A stretch of DNA of 64,000 nucleotides from Squalus acanthias (GCA_030390025.1 CM059432.1:22880001-22944000); one strand, 5' to 3'. Numbered from the stretch's first letter, positions 1 to 13,557 are shown. The notes: generated from the letters alone by a model not told the origin. Made by a program: numbers and translations.

Positions 1-1086
1 CAGGAGGGTCGGTAACCAGAGGAAACAGATTTAAGATAATTGGCAAAAGAACCAGAGTAAAGATGAGGAGAATTTTTTTTACGTAGCGAGTTGTTATGAT
101 CTGGAATGCACTGTCAGAAAAGGTGGTGGAAACAGATTAAATAGTAACTTTCAAAAAAGAACTGTATATATACTTGGAAAGGAAAAATGTGCAGGGGTAC
201 AAGAACAACAACTTGAATTTATATAGCACCTTTAACGTAGTCAAATGTCCCAAGGCGCTTCACAGGAGCGTTATCAAACTAAATTTGACACCAAGCCACA
301 TAAGGAGATATTGGAGCAGATGACCAAAAGCTTGGTCAAAGAGGTAGGTTTTAAGGAGCGTCTTAAAGGAGGAAAGAGAGGTAAAGAGGCGGAGAGGTTT
401 AGGGAGGGAATTCCAGAGCTTAGGGCCTTGGCAGCTGAAGGCACGACCGCCAATGGTGAAACGATTAAAATCGGGGATGCTCAAGAGGCCAGAATTGGAG
501 GAGTGCAGATATCTCAGAGGGTTGTAGGGCTGGAGGAGATTGCAAAGACTGGGAGGGGTGAGGCCATGGAGAGATTTGAAAACAAGGATGACAATTTTAA
601 TATTGAGGCATTATTTAACTGGGAGCCAATGTAGGTCAGTGAGCACAGGGGTAATGGGTGAACGGGATTTGGTACGAGTTAGGAAACGGGCAGCAGAGTT
701 TTGGATGAACTCAAGTTTACGGAGGGTAGAAAATGAGAGGCCGGCCAGAAGTACGTTGCAATAGTCAAGTCGAGAGGTAACAAAGGCATGGATGAGGGTT
801 TCAGCAGCAGATGAGCTGAGGCAGCGGTGGATTCGGGCGATGTTCCGGAGGTGGAAATAGGCGGTCATAGTGATGGCGCGGATATGTGCTCAGAAGCTCA
901 TCTTGGGGTCAAATATGACACCAAGGTTGCGAACAGTCTGTTCAGCCTCAGATAGTTGCCAGAGAGAGGGATGGAGGCTATGTGGAAAGAGCAGCGGAGT
1001 GGGACTAATTAGATAGCTCTTTCAAAAACCTGGCACAGGCACAATACGCTGAATAACCTTTTTCTGTACTGTATAATTTTATGATC
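1..1086 (+). mobile_element. CR1 LINE 3' end, split by an L2 insertion
   Basis: Typical CR1 C-terminal sequence (…ACCAGAGGAAACAGATTTAAG…) to about 197 resumes at about 976 (GGCTATGTGGAAAGAGCAGCGGAGTGGGACTAA); homologous to 59250-59550. Confidence 0.8.
200..975 (-). mobile_element. L2 LINE 3' fragment nested in CR1
   Basis: Minus ORFs 611-868 (AETLIHAFVTSRLDYCN…LHWLPV) and 260-484 (GGRAFS…LWNSLP…FKTLLKTYLF) are L2 RT C-terminal motifs; (TTG)n-like tail near 200. Confidence 0.9.
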
Positions 1087-2552
1087 CTGTAGTGGGGTTT
1101 GAACCCACAAACATCTGACTCAGAGGTGAGAATGCTACTACTGAGCCACAGGATTTCATAAGAAGCTTGTGAGCAATGTGCTGAGAGAGAATAAATTAAG
1201 GCCAGGAAAAGCCACGGCTATTTCAGCGTAATCCTGCTGTAACTTCGGTGGCCGACAGTGACTGGACCCCAATTTCCATATTAAAAAGGGCCTATCACCT
1301 GAAACAGGCGGGCGATTTGGACACCCAACAGTAGGCCCCTTTCAAAATGGAGCTGGCTGCGTCGTCGGTGTTAACGGGGCGCTAAGGCTACTGACCCCAT
1401 TTTGAGGCTCTTATCACCCCATTAACGCCAGGCAAAGGCAGTGAAAACTGACCTCAATTAGCTTAATTGTGAATTAAAGCTAAGAACCAGTCTGAAGCCC
1501 ATTTCACCTTCTTTGTCTAAGGGACGGGAGAACACTTATGAAACGAGATAAGGGGAAATAATCAATAAACAGCTGATACAGTATTATTGAAAAAAATGTT
1601 AGACCTGACCACAGTGTCACGTACACATAAGCTATGGTTCAATGTCCCCAAGAAATCCTTGGCCATTATCAAAATCAATTATTCAGTGCAAGTGTTGAAA
1701 ACATTATGTCACTTTGGACTAATGGGTTTAGTTATTTTAGGGAAAGGGTGAAAGTGCTATTTTTCCAATGTGAACTTGTCAGTGGAAAATGACAGCTACG
1801 AAAGAAAAAGATAAAGCATAAAAGCCTCCCGGTTTCACATCTGCTCATGCAGTGCAGTAATTTCTCAAGTGACATTTCGCCAAACAGTCAGATCTGCACC
1901 GTTCACAGTCCTGCCTGCAGTCTATTAAGTTTGACCTGATGATTCTCATGTAATGGTTCACCAGCAAATAGCAGAGAGATTGGCTTCACTGAGTGAATAT
2001 TTTCAGATCGCGAAGTGTAACACGGACAGCCAGCTCCTGATCTTGATCCCAGCAACTGAGGAAATCTCAAGGGAACGTGATGGTGCTTCTTCACAATGGC
2101 ATTAAATGAAATACACGGTAATAGACCGGGGAGGGGATTGGCAGAATTTCCACAGGGTACCAGACTCATGCATAAATATTTCTTTTGGATAATTAAAAAG
2201 CTTGTACAAGAAAAGCTGTTTGAGCCACAAGCTGCGAATAAGAGCTGCCAATCAGAATCCCCAGTGGCTGAGTTGTTAAATGTATTATACGTTGTGGCAT
2301 TGAGTCATTCAGATTAGCTTTGATTGCTGACCTGTGCTGAGATGGTTGATCTTAGCTGGGGTAATGGTGCAGTATTATGATTGGACCTTTCTTGTCTCCG
2401 GTCTCCAACCTCTTTCTTCACTGTAATGTTGTTTGGCTTTTTCTATTTTATCAATAGTATTGAAGTCGTTACTCTTCTGAACTTTCCTGCCTTGTTCTTC
2501 CTCAGTTCCAAATACGTTACTCCTTCCTTCCTACACAGGGGGTAATTTGATT

Positions 2553-3020
2553 TTTTTTTATTTGTTCCTGGGATGTGGGCATCGCTGGCAAAGCCAGCAT
2601 TTATTGCCCATCCCTAATTGCCCTTGAGACAGTGGTGGTGAGCCACTTTCTTGAACCGCTGCAGTCCGTGTAGTGAAGGTAGTCCCACAGTACCATGGAC
2701 TCGAGAGGAATCAAAGGATATAGGGATAGGGCAGGAAGGTGGAGTTGAGGCTGAAGATCAGCCATGATCTTATTAAGTGGCGGAGCAGGCTCGAGGGGCC
2801 ATATGGCCTACTCCTGCTCCTAATTCTTATGTTCTTATGTTCACAGTACTGTTAGGGAAGGAGTCCCAGGTTTTTGACCCAGCGACAATGAAGAAGCAGC
2901 GATGTATTTCCAAGTCAGGGTGGTGTGTGACTTGGAGGGGAACTTGGAGGTGATGATGTTCCCATGCGCCTGCTGCCCTTGTCCTTCCAGGTGGTAGAGG
3001 TCGTGGGTTTGGCAGGTGTT
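2553..3020 (-). mobile_element. 3' end of the tRNA-headed CR1-like LINE family, interrupted by a + strand CR1 tail (about 2695-2840)
   Basis: Matches 38185-38470; the inner fragment carries the CR1 tail GATCAGCCATGATC…(TTCTTATG)n. Confidence 0.75.
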
Positions 3021-3092
3021 ATAGCTCTGTTCCAGATGCAGAGCCGCTAATGTTGCAGCCTTATTTCTGCTAACACTTGCCACTAACAATGA

Positions 3093-3335
3093 TAGAATCA
3101 TAGAATCATAGAATAGTACAGCACAGAAGGAGGCCATTCAGCCCATCGAGTCTGCGCCGGCTCTTTCGAAGAGCAATCTAGTTAGTCCCACTCTCCTGCT
3201 TTTTCCCCATATCCCTGCAATTTTTTCTCCTTCAAGTATTTATCCAATTCTCTTTTGAAAGCTGCTAATGAATCTGTTTCCACCACCCTATCAGGCTGTG
3301 TATTCCAAATCCTAACCATTCGTTGCCTAACCACT
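3093..3335 (-). mobile_element. CR1 3' tail fragment
   Basis: (ATAGAATC)n terminal repeat plus reverse complement of the CR1 3' end. Confidence 0.8.
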
Positions 3336-3351
3336 CAATGCTCTACAGTAT

Positions 3352-3757
3352 CAGCTTGGCTCAATTGGTATCACTCCTATCCCGGAATCAGAAGTTTGTG
3401 GGTTTGAGCTCCACAGCACGAACTTGAGCACCTTATCTAGGCTGACAGTACTGATAGAGTGCTAGATTGTCAAGGAGATATCCTTTGAACAAAATCTTAA
3501 AGTAAAAATCCCATCTGCCTTTTTAGGTGTATACTAAATATCTCATCGCACTATTTGAAGAAGAGCATTGATTTCTCTCAAAGTCCTGGACAACTTTCAA
3601 AAATAGATTATCTGCTTTTTTAAAAATCTCATCACAGTTTGTGAGATGCTGAACATTCACTGAACTCCAAATAAGTAATCCAATGTGTGTGAAACACTTT
3701 GAGAGATTCTGAGAGATGTGACATAACACTATATAAATGCAAATGTTTCTTTCTTCT
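3352..3757 (+). mobile_element. Old tRNA-derived SINE with L2-like tail
   Basis: A-box-like TGGCTCAATTGG, degenerate B-box GGTTTGAGCTCC, tail …CTATATAAATGCAAATGTTTCTTTCTT. Related fragments near 1090-1150 (-), 20510-20600 and 44765-44960. Confidence 0.6.
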
Positions 3758-4102
3758 CCCTGCATCCGAACTGTGTTCAAATCAAGATTCATCACATTAT
3801 CTTCAACTGCAGCTTATTATTTCCCTGTGTTAACTTTTTCTTTCCCCCCAACAACCTACAGGCTTGGTATCATCTAGACTACTTCTTAATGTATCTTCTT
3901 TCCTACTCTTTCCAGCCTTGGTGATTAGTCCTCCACTGTGACCCATCACTTAGGTTTCTCAGTTAAGAAAGAAGACCATTCTGAGCAAACACAAAGTTAG
4001 GGTAAAGGTTGACTCTGTTTTGCTGAATCCCTTTTATCAAATGTTGGGTATTGAAAGCTTTCAGCAGATTTCAAATATGCATATTTCTGAGCGATTCCTT
4101 TT

Positions 4103-4385
4103 GAATCATAGAATCATATTATAGAATCGGCCCATCGTGCCTGTGCTCTTTGAACGCGCTATCCACTTAGTCTGACTGGTTCTTTTGCTAATTATCTTAA
4201 ATCTGTGTCCTCTGGTTACCGACCCTTCTGCCAGTGGAAACAGTTTCTCCTTATTTACTCTATCAAATTCCCTCATAATTTTGAACACCTCTATTAAATC
4301 TCACCTTAACCTTCTCTGCTCTGAGGAGAACAATCCCAGCTTCTCTAATCCCACCGCATAACTGAATTCCCTCATCCCTGGTTCC
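4103..4385 (-). mobile_element. CR1 3' fragment
   Basis: Minus ORF FKIMREFDRVNKEKLFPLAEGSVTRGHRFK. Confidence 0.85.
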
Positions 4386-4897
4386 TGAACCTTTAACAAA
4401 ATGATTCTCTGTAAAGTTTGAATGTAAAATGCAAAGTAAAGTTCGAAAATTGATATATAAATGGTCAGGCAGAATATTCCTCTTCTGAATCCATACTGAC
4501 TGCCGTTAACGAGGTTACTGTTGTACAGATAATCCGCAAGTTTACTCCTGACATTATTTTACGCGGAATTGAAGTACGATTAATGGGCCAGTAGTTGGCT
4601 GTGTCTATTCTGTCACTTTTTTTTGAGTATGAGCACCACCTTAGCTTGTTTCCAATCTACTTGTACCTCCCAGTGTCCATTCATGCCCTTAAAATGATTG
4701 TCAGTGCCTTACAAATCTCTTCTCTAGCCTCTTTTAGTATTCTGGGATAAATGACATCTATCCCTGGGGATTTATGTGAAGTCAGTCAGTTGAATTTTTT
4801 TTTATAATAGCCTTCTATGCACAATTACATCTCATGTTTCAGGGAGTTGAAGCTATCATGTGGTATAATATTTCATTCACAATATCCATAAATGTTA

Positions 4898-5420
4898 CAA
4901 CAACAACAACGTGTATTTATATAGCGCCTTTAACGTAGTAAAATGTCCTAAGGTGCTTCACAGGAGGATTATAAGACAAAAGATTTGACACCAAGCCACA
5001 TAAGGAGAAATTAGGGCTGGTGACCAAAAGCTTGGTCAAAGAGGTAGGTTTTAAGGAGCGTCTTAAGGAGGAACGAGAGGTAGTGAGGCGGAGAGCTTTA
5101 GGCAGGGAATTCCAGAGCTTAGGGCCTAGGCAACAGAAGGCACGGCCACCAATGGTTGAGCAGTTATAATCAGGGATGCTCAAGAGGGCAGAATTAGAGG
5201 AGCGCAGATATCGTGGGGAGGGTTGTGGGGCTGGAGAAGATTACAGAGATAGGGAGGGGCGAGGCCATGGAAGGATTTGCAAACAAGGATGAGAATTTTG
5301 AAATCGAGGCGTTGCTTAACCGGGAGCCAATGTAGGTCAGCGAGCACAGGGGTGATGGGTAAACGGGATTGGTGCGAGTTAGGACACGGGTAGCTGAGTT
5401 TTGGATCACCTCAAGCTTAT
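4898..5420 (-). mobile_element. L2 LINE 3' fragment
   Basis: GGRAFCCLGPKLWNSLP motif, (CAA)n tail; homologous to 200-975. Confidence 0.9.
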
Positions 5421-5982
5421 GCAAGTTACAGCACAGAACGAGGCCATTCAGCCCATAGTGTCTTTGCCAGCTCTTTGCTAGAACAATCCAAAAGTAAGTC
5501 CACTGACTGCACACTCCTCACACTCCTGTATCTTTATCGAACCATAGAAGAATAATCTACATAAATTGGATCTTATTCTGTTTTCTTTCTACTTTCCCAA
5601 GTTTGTGTCAAAATTTCCCTCAGTATTCACAGGATCCAAACAGCAGCATCATGCGTTGATGCACTCAACAAATAACAGGAATGTAGCATTAACATGATGC
5701 CATCTGCTGCTGCAAGTCTCTCAAAACAAAACAGAATTATGGACCTGTTGGGCCTGATTTTTCTCTACTTTACTCCTGTGCAGCCAATAGGGTATGCCTA
5801 TTTCCCAGGTGTGAAACAGTGTGCTCCCCAGAGTGTGGACAGTGTTATCTGACTCAAACAGACAGCTCTTTGTAAATAATGCGGGAGGAATGCCAGAATT
5901 CTTCCTGCATCATTTTCCTGGGGATTCACCTGGCAGAAGCCCATATGCTGCTGTGCTCACTGAAAGTAGGCCTCAGAGGTTA

Positions 5983-8900
5983 CATCTTCATCTTCTTAGG
6001 CAGTCCCTCGGAACCGAGGATGACTTGCTTCCACACTAAAAATGAGTTCTCAGGTGACTGATGAGTCCAATGCGGGACCTACAGTCTCTGTCACAGGTGG
6101 GGCAGACGGTGGTTGAAGGGGCAGGTGGGTGGGGTTCTCGGGTTGACGTGCGCTCCTTGCGCTGTTTGCGCTTGGCTTCCGCTTGCTCCCGGCGAAGAGA
6201 CTCGAGGTGTTCCGCGCCTTCCCGGATGCTTGTCCTCCACTTTGTGCGGTCTTGGGCCAGGGATTCCCAGGTGTCGGTGGGGATGTTGCACTTTTTCAAG
6301 GAGGCTTTGAGGGTGCCCTTGATGCGTTTCCTCTGCCCACCTGGGGCTCTCTTGCCGTGTCGGAGCTCCGAGTAGAGCGTTTGTTTTGGGAGTCTCGTAT
6401 CGGGCATGCGGATGATGTGGCCCGTCCATCGGAGCTGATCGAGCGTGGTCAAGGCTTTGATGCTGGGGATGTTGGTCTGAGCGAGAACACTGACGTTGGT
6501 GCACCTATCCTGCCAATGGATTTGCAGGATCTTGCAGAGGCAGTGTTGGTGGTACCTCTCCAGTGCTTTGAGGTGCCTGCTGTACATGGTCCATGTCTCT
6601 GAAGCATACAGGAGGGCGGGTATCACTACTGCTCTGTAGACCATGAGCTTAGTGCTGGGTTTGAGGTCCTGGTCTTCAAACACTCTCTTCCTCAGGCGAC
6701 CGAAGGCTGCACTGGCACACTGAAGGCAGGTGTTGGACTTCGTCATCGACGTCTGCCCTTGTTGACAGTAGGCTCCTGAGGTATGGAAAGTGGTCCACGT
6801 TGTCCAAGGCCTCTTCATGGATTTTGATAATCGGGGAGCAGTACTGTGTGGCGGGGGCAGGTTGGTAGAGGACCTTTGTCTTACGGATGTTTAGTGTAAG
6901 GCCCATGCTCTCGTGCGCTTCGTTGAAGGTGTTGACGATGGTTTAGAGTTCAGCCTCAGAGTGTGCGCAGACGCAAGCGTCGTCTGCATACTGTAATTCG
7001 ATGACAGAGGATGGGACGACCTTGGATCTGGACTGGAGGCGACGGAGGTTGAACAGTTTCCCGTTTGTTCTGTAGATTAGCTCCACTCCAGCGGGGAGCT
7101 TACTGAGGGTGAGATGGAGCATTGCAGCCAGGAAGATCGAGAAGAGCATTGGTGCAATGACACAGAATTGCTTGACCCCGGTCCGTACGTGAATTGGGTC
7201 TGCGGTGGATCTGTTGGTCAGGATCATGGCTTGCATGTCGTCGTGAAGCAGACGGAGGATGGTGACAAACTTTTGAAGGCAGCCGAATTTGAGGAGGACA
7301 CTCCATACTCCCTCATGGTTGATGGTGTCGAAGGCCTTTGTGAGATCAAAGAAGGCCATGTGCAGCGGTTGGTGCTGTTCCCTGCATTTCCCTTGTAGTT
7401 GACGCGCGGTGAAGATCATGTCCATTGTGCCTCTTAGTGGGCAGAATCCGCATTGCGACTCTGGGAGGAGCTCTTCAGCCACTGGGAGAAGGCAATTGAG
7501 GAGCATTCTTGCGATGACTTTTCCTGTGGCAGACAGCAGGGAGACTCCTCTGTAATTACCGCAATCGGACTTGTCACCTTTCTTGAAGATGGTCACGATT
7601 ATGGCGTCTCTGAGATCCCCTGGCATGCTCTCCTCCTTCCAAATAAGAGAAATGAGTTAATGTATTCACGCCAGTAGTACTTCTCCGCCATGTTTTAGCG
7701 CCTCGACGGGGATTCCATCTGCTCCTGAGGCCTTGTTCTTCAGTTGTCGGATGGCCTTTTCAACCTCATGCCGGGCTGCGGTTGTGCTGAGGTGGTGGCG
7801 GGTAGAATGCTGCGGAATGGAGTTGAGGACACTCACCTCGAAGACAGAGTCTCGGTTAAGGAGGTCTTCGAAGTGCTCCTTCCAGCGGGCACTGACTGCC
7901 TCTCTGTCCTTGATGAGTACCTCTCCATTCTTGGCCCGCAGTGGGGTAGGACCTTGGGTGCTTGGGCCGTAGGTGGTCTTGACTGCGCTAAAGAATCCAC
8001 GCATGTCGTGGTTGTCGGCTAGCTGCTGGATCTCCTGCGCTTTCTCCACCCACCATCTGTTCTTTAGGTTGCGAGTTTTTTGTTGGACCTCGGCCTTCAG
8101 GCGTCTGCAGAGCTGCTTTCTTGCCATCGAGTTCTGTTGCTGTTTCCAGATCAGGGATGTCTTGTGCTTGCGGTTTATTAGCTCCTGGATCTCCTGGTCG
8201 TTCTCGTCGAACCAGTCTTGGTGTTTCCTGGTCGAGTGACCGAGCGTCTCTTCACAGGTGCTGATTATGGAGGCCTTGAGTGCAGACCAGGCGCTGTGGA
8301 CACTCTGTGTCTCTGAATCACTGGGAGTTGTCAGGTTGGTTGTGAGGCGCAGGCTGAATAGGGCTTTCTTAGCAGGGTCTTTGAGTGCTCCAGCGTTGAT
8401 TTTCCTGCGGCATTGCTTATGTTGCCACCACTGTTTTGGGGCTACGTTGATAGAGAAGACAGAACGGATTAGGATCTGGTCTGTCCAGTAGTCGTCAGCT
8501 CCTGTCATGGCGCGGGTGATGCGGACTTCCTTGCGTTTCCTCGCTCGGACGATGACGTAGCCCAGCAGATGCCAGTGCTTGGAGCGAGGATACTTATCTC
8601 TCTGACGGAACAAGGTGTTGGTTATGACAAGGCCATGTTCTAAGCATTTCATCAGGAGGAGGGTATCATTGGTGTTGGCTTTCCCTACCCCCTCTGCTGA
8701 TCACACCTCCCCAGAGGTCTGTGTCCTTTTCAACTCTGGCTTTAAAGTCACCAAGGAGGATCAGTTTGTCGCCCATTGGGACTCGGGACAGGAATTGTTC
8801 GAGGCTGGAGTAGAATTCCTCTTTGGTCTCGTCTGTGGCTTCCAGTGTTGGGGGGTACACACTGATGACCGTAGCACACTGGTTCTGGGCTATGGTGAGC

Positions 8901-9012
8901 CGTAGAGTCATGAGGCGTTCGTTTATTCCACAAGGGGTGTCTCTCAGACATTCAAATAGCTTATTTTCTATGGCGAAGCCTACCCCATGGAGGCGGCGTT
9001 CTTCTTCAGGTT
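5983..9012 (-). mobile_element. RTE-clade LINE, 5'-truncated and frameshifted (APE endonuclease, RT, C-terminal C2H2 finger)
   Basis: ORF pieces: LHGVGFAI…ISVYPPT…LILLGDF; HGLVITNT…SKHWHLL; NYRGVSLL…QCGF…FFDLTKAFD…LQYADD; CPTCDRDCRSRIGLISHLRTH. Short 3' UTR ending in AAGAAGATGAAGATG. Confidence 0.92.
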
Positions 9013-11253
9013 TGCATTTCTCATCATCCAATGTCATGTCCACCTGTTCTATCTCCCTGTTAAATACTGAAGCAAAATAATTATTTAATATTTCTGCCAT
9101 CTCTCTATTGTTACCTGTGGTATTATCCTGTCTATCCCTTAATGGCCCTCTTCCCATCCTAACCTTCCTTTTTTTATTGATGTGCCTATAAAATATTTTA
9201 CTATTTTGTTTTATGTTCCTTAAACATTTAATTTCATAGTTCCTCTTTGCCTCCCTAATTGTTTTTTTCACTTCTCTCCTAAACTTTTCGTATTCTCCCT
9301 TATCATGCATTCCCCTGCTGTCTATGTATTTAATGTATGCCTCTTTCCTTACCCTCAGTTGTACCCTTATGGCTTTATTCATCCATGGAGTCTCATCAGT
9401 GTTTAGTTTGTTCTTTCCTTTTAGCGGAATATATTGTTCCTGCACTCTGTTGAACACCGTTTTAAATGTTTCCCATTGCTGTTCGACATTGTTTTTTGCC
9501 AATATTGTTGCCCATTTTTTTCCCCAAGTTCTATTTTCAGCCCCACAAAATCAGCTTTTCTCCAATCTATTACCCTGGATTTTGTCATTCTTATGTCCTT
9601 CTCAATTAACATCTTAAAGCATATTATATTATGGTCACTATTGCCGATATGTTCCCCTACTTTTACTTCTCTTATCTCATTCCCCATAACTAGATCCAAT
9701 AGCAATTCCTCCCTTGTTGGGTTTTTTACATATTGGGTTAGAAAGGAGTCCTGTACACATTGTAGGAACTCCATTCCCTTATCCCCTTTACCTACCTCTT
9801 CTGTCCAATTACTATTGGGGTGGTTGAAATCCCGCATGATTATTATTCTATGTTTTTTATTCATTTCCCTAATTTGTCTGCATATTTCTTCCTCCACTAT
9901 TTGGTGTTCTGTAGACTAGACCTATTAGTGTGATCGATCCTTTATTATCTTTTATCTCTATCCATATGGATTCTATTTTTGTCTTACTGCCATTATGTTA
10001 TCCCTAATAAGTACAGCTATTACACCTCCCCTTTTTCCCTCCCTATCTTTTCTAAATATGTTATACACTGTAATGTTTAATTCCCAGTCCTGATTTTTCT
10101 GTAGCCATGTGTCAGTAATCCCTACTATGTCTGGTTCCTCGCAACGCAAGATTGCCTCCAGCTCCCCTGTTTTATTACGGACACTGTGTGCATTGCTGTG
10201 CAGACAGTTTAACTTATCTTTAATAGGATTTCCTCTCACTTTATGTTTAACCATCTTTTTAGACTCCTGTTCTATAACTCTATTTATTCCCTTGCCATCA
10301 ATGCCCTCCTTTACTTTATTCTTTCCTATGCTCTCTTTTCCTGTTTTGTTTATATTTAGGCTGGTTACATTTCTTGTAGATCCCTCCCCCCATCTCACTA
10401 GTTTAAAGCCTTTGCCACCTCCCTATTTACCCTTTCTGCTAGGACATGGATCCCATCCCGGTTCAGGAGGAGCCTGTCCCATCGGTACAGCTCCTTCCTG
10501 TCCCAGAACTGGTGCCAGTGTTCCATGAAAAGGAACCCCTCTTTCCCACACCAGCCTTCAGCCATGTGTTAATTCTCCTGATCTGTCTGCTTCTATGCCA
10601 ATTTGCACGTGGCTCAGGCAATAATCCAGAGATTATTACCCTCGAGGTCCTGCTTTTTAATTTAGATCCTAACTCCTGATACTCTTTCAGCAGGACCTCC
10701 TCCCTGTTCCTACCTATGTCGTTTTTTCCAACATGGACCATGACAACTGCATTTACCCCCTCCCTTTCCAATATCTTCTCCAGCTGCCATGAGATATCCC
10801 TTACCCTGGCACCGGGTAGGCAACACACCCTTCGGGATTCTCGTTCTTGGCTGCAGAGGATGCTATCTATCCCCCTAATTATAGAGTTCCCTATCACTAC
10901 CATATTTCTATTCTTCTCTTCCCCGCCTTGGACAGCCTTCTGAGCCATGGTGCCTTAGTCTGCATTGTGGCTGTCCTCCCTGAAGTCTTTCTCCTTGTCC
11001 TCACAGGTAGTGAGTACATTGTACCTGTTGGACAGGACCAGTGTCTGCAGGACCTCCTTCTCAACCTCTCCTAAGTCCCGGCAACCCATCTCCCTAACAG
11101 TCACACCCTCCCTTTCCTGAACCTGTGCTTTCCTCTGGGGTGTGACTGTATTGTGGATAAAGCTGTCCAGAAATTCCTCCCCCTCCCTTATGTGACGGAG
11201 TGTCTCCATCTCGCACTCCAGCTCAATGACTCTGAGCTGGAGAGATTCGAGAT

Positions 11254-12759
11254 AGCATAGAAGATAGGAGCAGGAGTAGGCCATTCGGCCCCTCGAGCCT
11301 GCTCCGCCATTCAATAAGATCATGGCTGATCATCCAAATTCAGTACCCTGTCCCTGCTTTCTCCCCATAGCCCTTGATCCCTTTAGCCTTAAGAAAAATA
11401 TCTATCTCCTTCTTGAATATATTTAATGAATTGGCCTCAACTGCCTTCTGTGGTAGAGAATTCCACAGGTTCACCACTCTCTGGGTGAAGAAATTCCTCC
11501 TCATCTCAGTCCTAAATGGCTTACCCCTTATCCTTAGACTGTGACCTCTGGTTCTGGACTCCCCCGCCATCAGGAACATCCTTCCTGCATCTAGTCTGTC
11601 TAGTCCTGTTAGAATTTTATAAGTTTCAATGAGATCCCCTCTCATTCTTCGAAACTCTAGCGATTATAAGCCTAATCGACCCAATCTCTCTTCACACGTC
11701 ATTCCTGCCATCCCAGGTATCAGTCTGGTAAATCTTCGCTGCACTCCCTCCATGGCAAGAACATCATCCTCAGATAAGGCGACCAAAACTGCACACAATA
11801 CTCAAGGTATGGTCTCACCAAGGCCTTGTACAACTGCAGCAAGACATCCTTGCTCCTGTACTCGAATCCTCTCGCTATGAAGGCCAACATACCATTTGCC
11901 TTCTTAACCGCCTGCTGCACCTGTATGCTTACCTTCAGCGACTGGTGCACAAGGACGCCCAGATCTCGTTGCACTTCCCCTTTTCCCAATCTATTGCCAT
12001 TCAGATAATAATCTGTCTTCCTGTTTTTGCCACCAAAGTGGATAACCTCGCATTTATCCACATTATACTGCATCTGCCATGCATCTGCCCAATCACCCAA
12101 CCTGTCCAAATCATACTGGAGTTTCTCTGCATCCTCCTCACAGCACACACGCCCACCCAGCTTTGTGTCATCTGCAAACTTAGAGATATTACATCTAGTT
12201 CCCTCGTCTAGATCATTAATATATATTGTGAATAGCTGGGGTCCTAGCACCGATCCCTGCGGTACCCCACTAGTCACTGCCTGCCATTCGGAAAAAGGCC
12301 CGTTTATTCCAACTCTTTGCTTCCTGTCTGCCAACCAGTTCTCTATCAAAATCAGTACCTTACCCCCAATCCCATGTGCTTTAACTTTGCACGTTAATCT
12401 CTTATGCGGGACCTTATCGAAAGCCTTCTGAAAGTCCAAATACACCACATCCACTGGTTCTCCCTTATCTATTCTACCAGTTACATCCTCAAAAAATTCC
12501 AGTAGATTAGTCAGGCATGATTTACCTTTTGTAAATCCATGTTGACTTTGTCCGATCCTGTCACTGTTTTCCAAGTGCTCTGCTATTACATCTTTTATAA
12601 TGGACTCTAGCATTTTCCCCACAATCGATGTCAGGCTTACAATTCCCCATTTTTTCTCTACCACCTTTTTTAAATAGTGGGGTTAGATTAGCTACCCTCC
12701 AATCCATGGGAACTGTTCCAGAGTCTATAGAATTTTGAAAAATGACCAGCAATGCACTA
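11254..12759 (-). mobile_element. CR1 family C, 5'-truncated, inserted in ORF1 of family B
   Basis: RT motifs [35 protein letters not shown] at 11249-11253 and 12760-12764; host ORF1 rejoins (CLHLESLQLRV) when the insert is removed. Confidence 0.93.
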
Positions 12760-13109
12760 GAGATGGAGACATCTCCTGCAGATGTGTTTGCTCGGGACAG
12801 TCTCGCTGTCCACAAACTCCCACATACTGCAGTCCAGACACACAACCTGCCCTGACATATCTTAGTCTAGCCTTATTTTATTTATTTAATGAGTTAAAAT
12901 CTTTATTCAACGATTATTTATAGTTATATTAATTAGTTTAACTAGTTAAGCTATAAATTTAATACAGTATGCTATGGTTTCCCGCTCCTAGTATAAACCA
13001 CTGTCCTAGGTTAGAGAGAAAAAAAAACTTAATACTCACCAACCAATCACCAACCTGCTGTCCTGTGACATCACACCTTGTTTTTTTTTGGAACTCGTGG
13101 AAAGTTCAG

Positions 13110-13557
13110 CCGTCGCCTCCTCCGATTAGGTCCACACTGTTCCTCCGCTCTCTCCTTTATGTCCCGCCCCTGCCACTGCCTCCAATTGGGCCCGTGCTGT
13201 TCCTCCGCTCTCTCCTTTATGTCCCCCTGCCGCTGCCTCTGATTAGGTCCACACTGTTCCTCCGCTCTCTCCTTTATGTCCCCCTGCCGCTGCCTCCGAT
13301 TAGGTCCACACTGTTCCTCCGCTCTCTCCTTTATGTCCCGCCCCTTCCGCTGCCTCCGATTAGGTCCACACTGTTCCTCCGCTCTCGCTTTATGTCCCGC
13401 CCCTTCCGCTGCCTCCGATTAGGTCCACACTGTTCCTCCGCTCTCTCCTTTATGTCCCGCCCCTTCCGCTGCCTCCGATTAGGTCCACACTGTTCCTCCG
13501 CTCTCTCCTTTATGTCCCGCCCCTGCCGCTGCCTCCGATTAGGTCCGCGCTGTTCCT
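13110..13557 (-). repeat. About 8 tandem 57-60 bp monomers at the 5' end of CR1 family B (putative promoter array)
   Basis: Sense-strand unit GAGGAACAGTGTGGACCTAATCGGAGGCAGCGG(C/A)AGGGGCGGGACATAAAGGAGAGAGCG, with GC box and TATA-like CATAAA. Confidence 0.9.

Larger units (their letters stand above)
9013..13557 (-). mobile_element. CR1 family B, 5' part (tandem 5' UTR, ORF1, endonuclease); RT missing; interrupted by another CR1
   Basis: ORF1 ATG at 12858 (MSGQVVCLDCSMWEF…HICRRC), esterase-like VVIGNSIIRG…CCLPGA…HVGKND, endonuclease GITDTWL…SDHNII; near-identical to 39735-43697. Confidence 0.9.

Noticed and set aside
1903..2317. Host exons in short ORFs of unique sequence (also 21200-21683 and 45138-45829)
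   Set aside because: No recognisable protein motifs and no consistent splice-site pairs.
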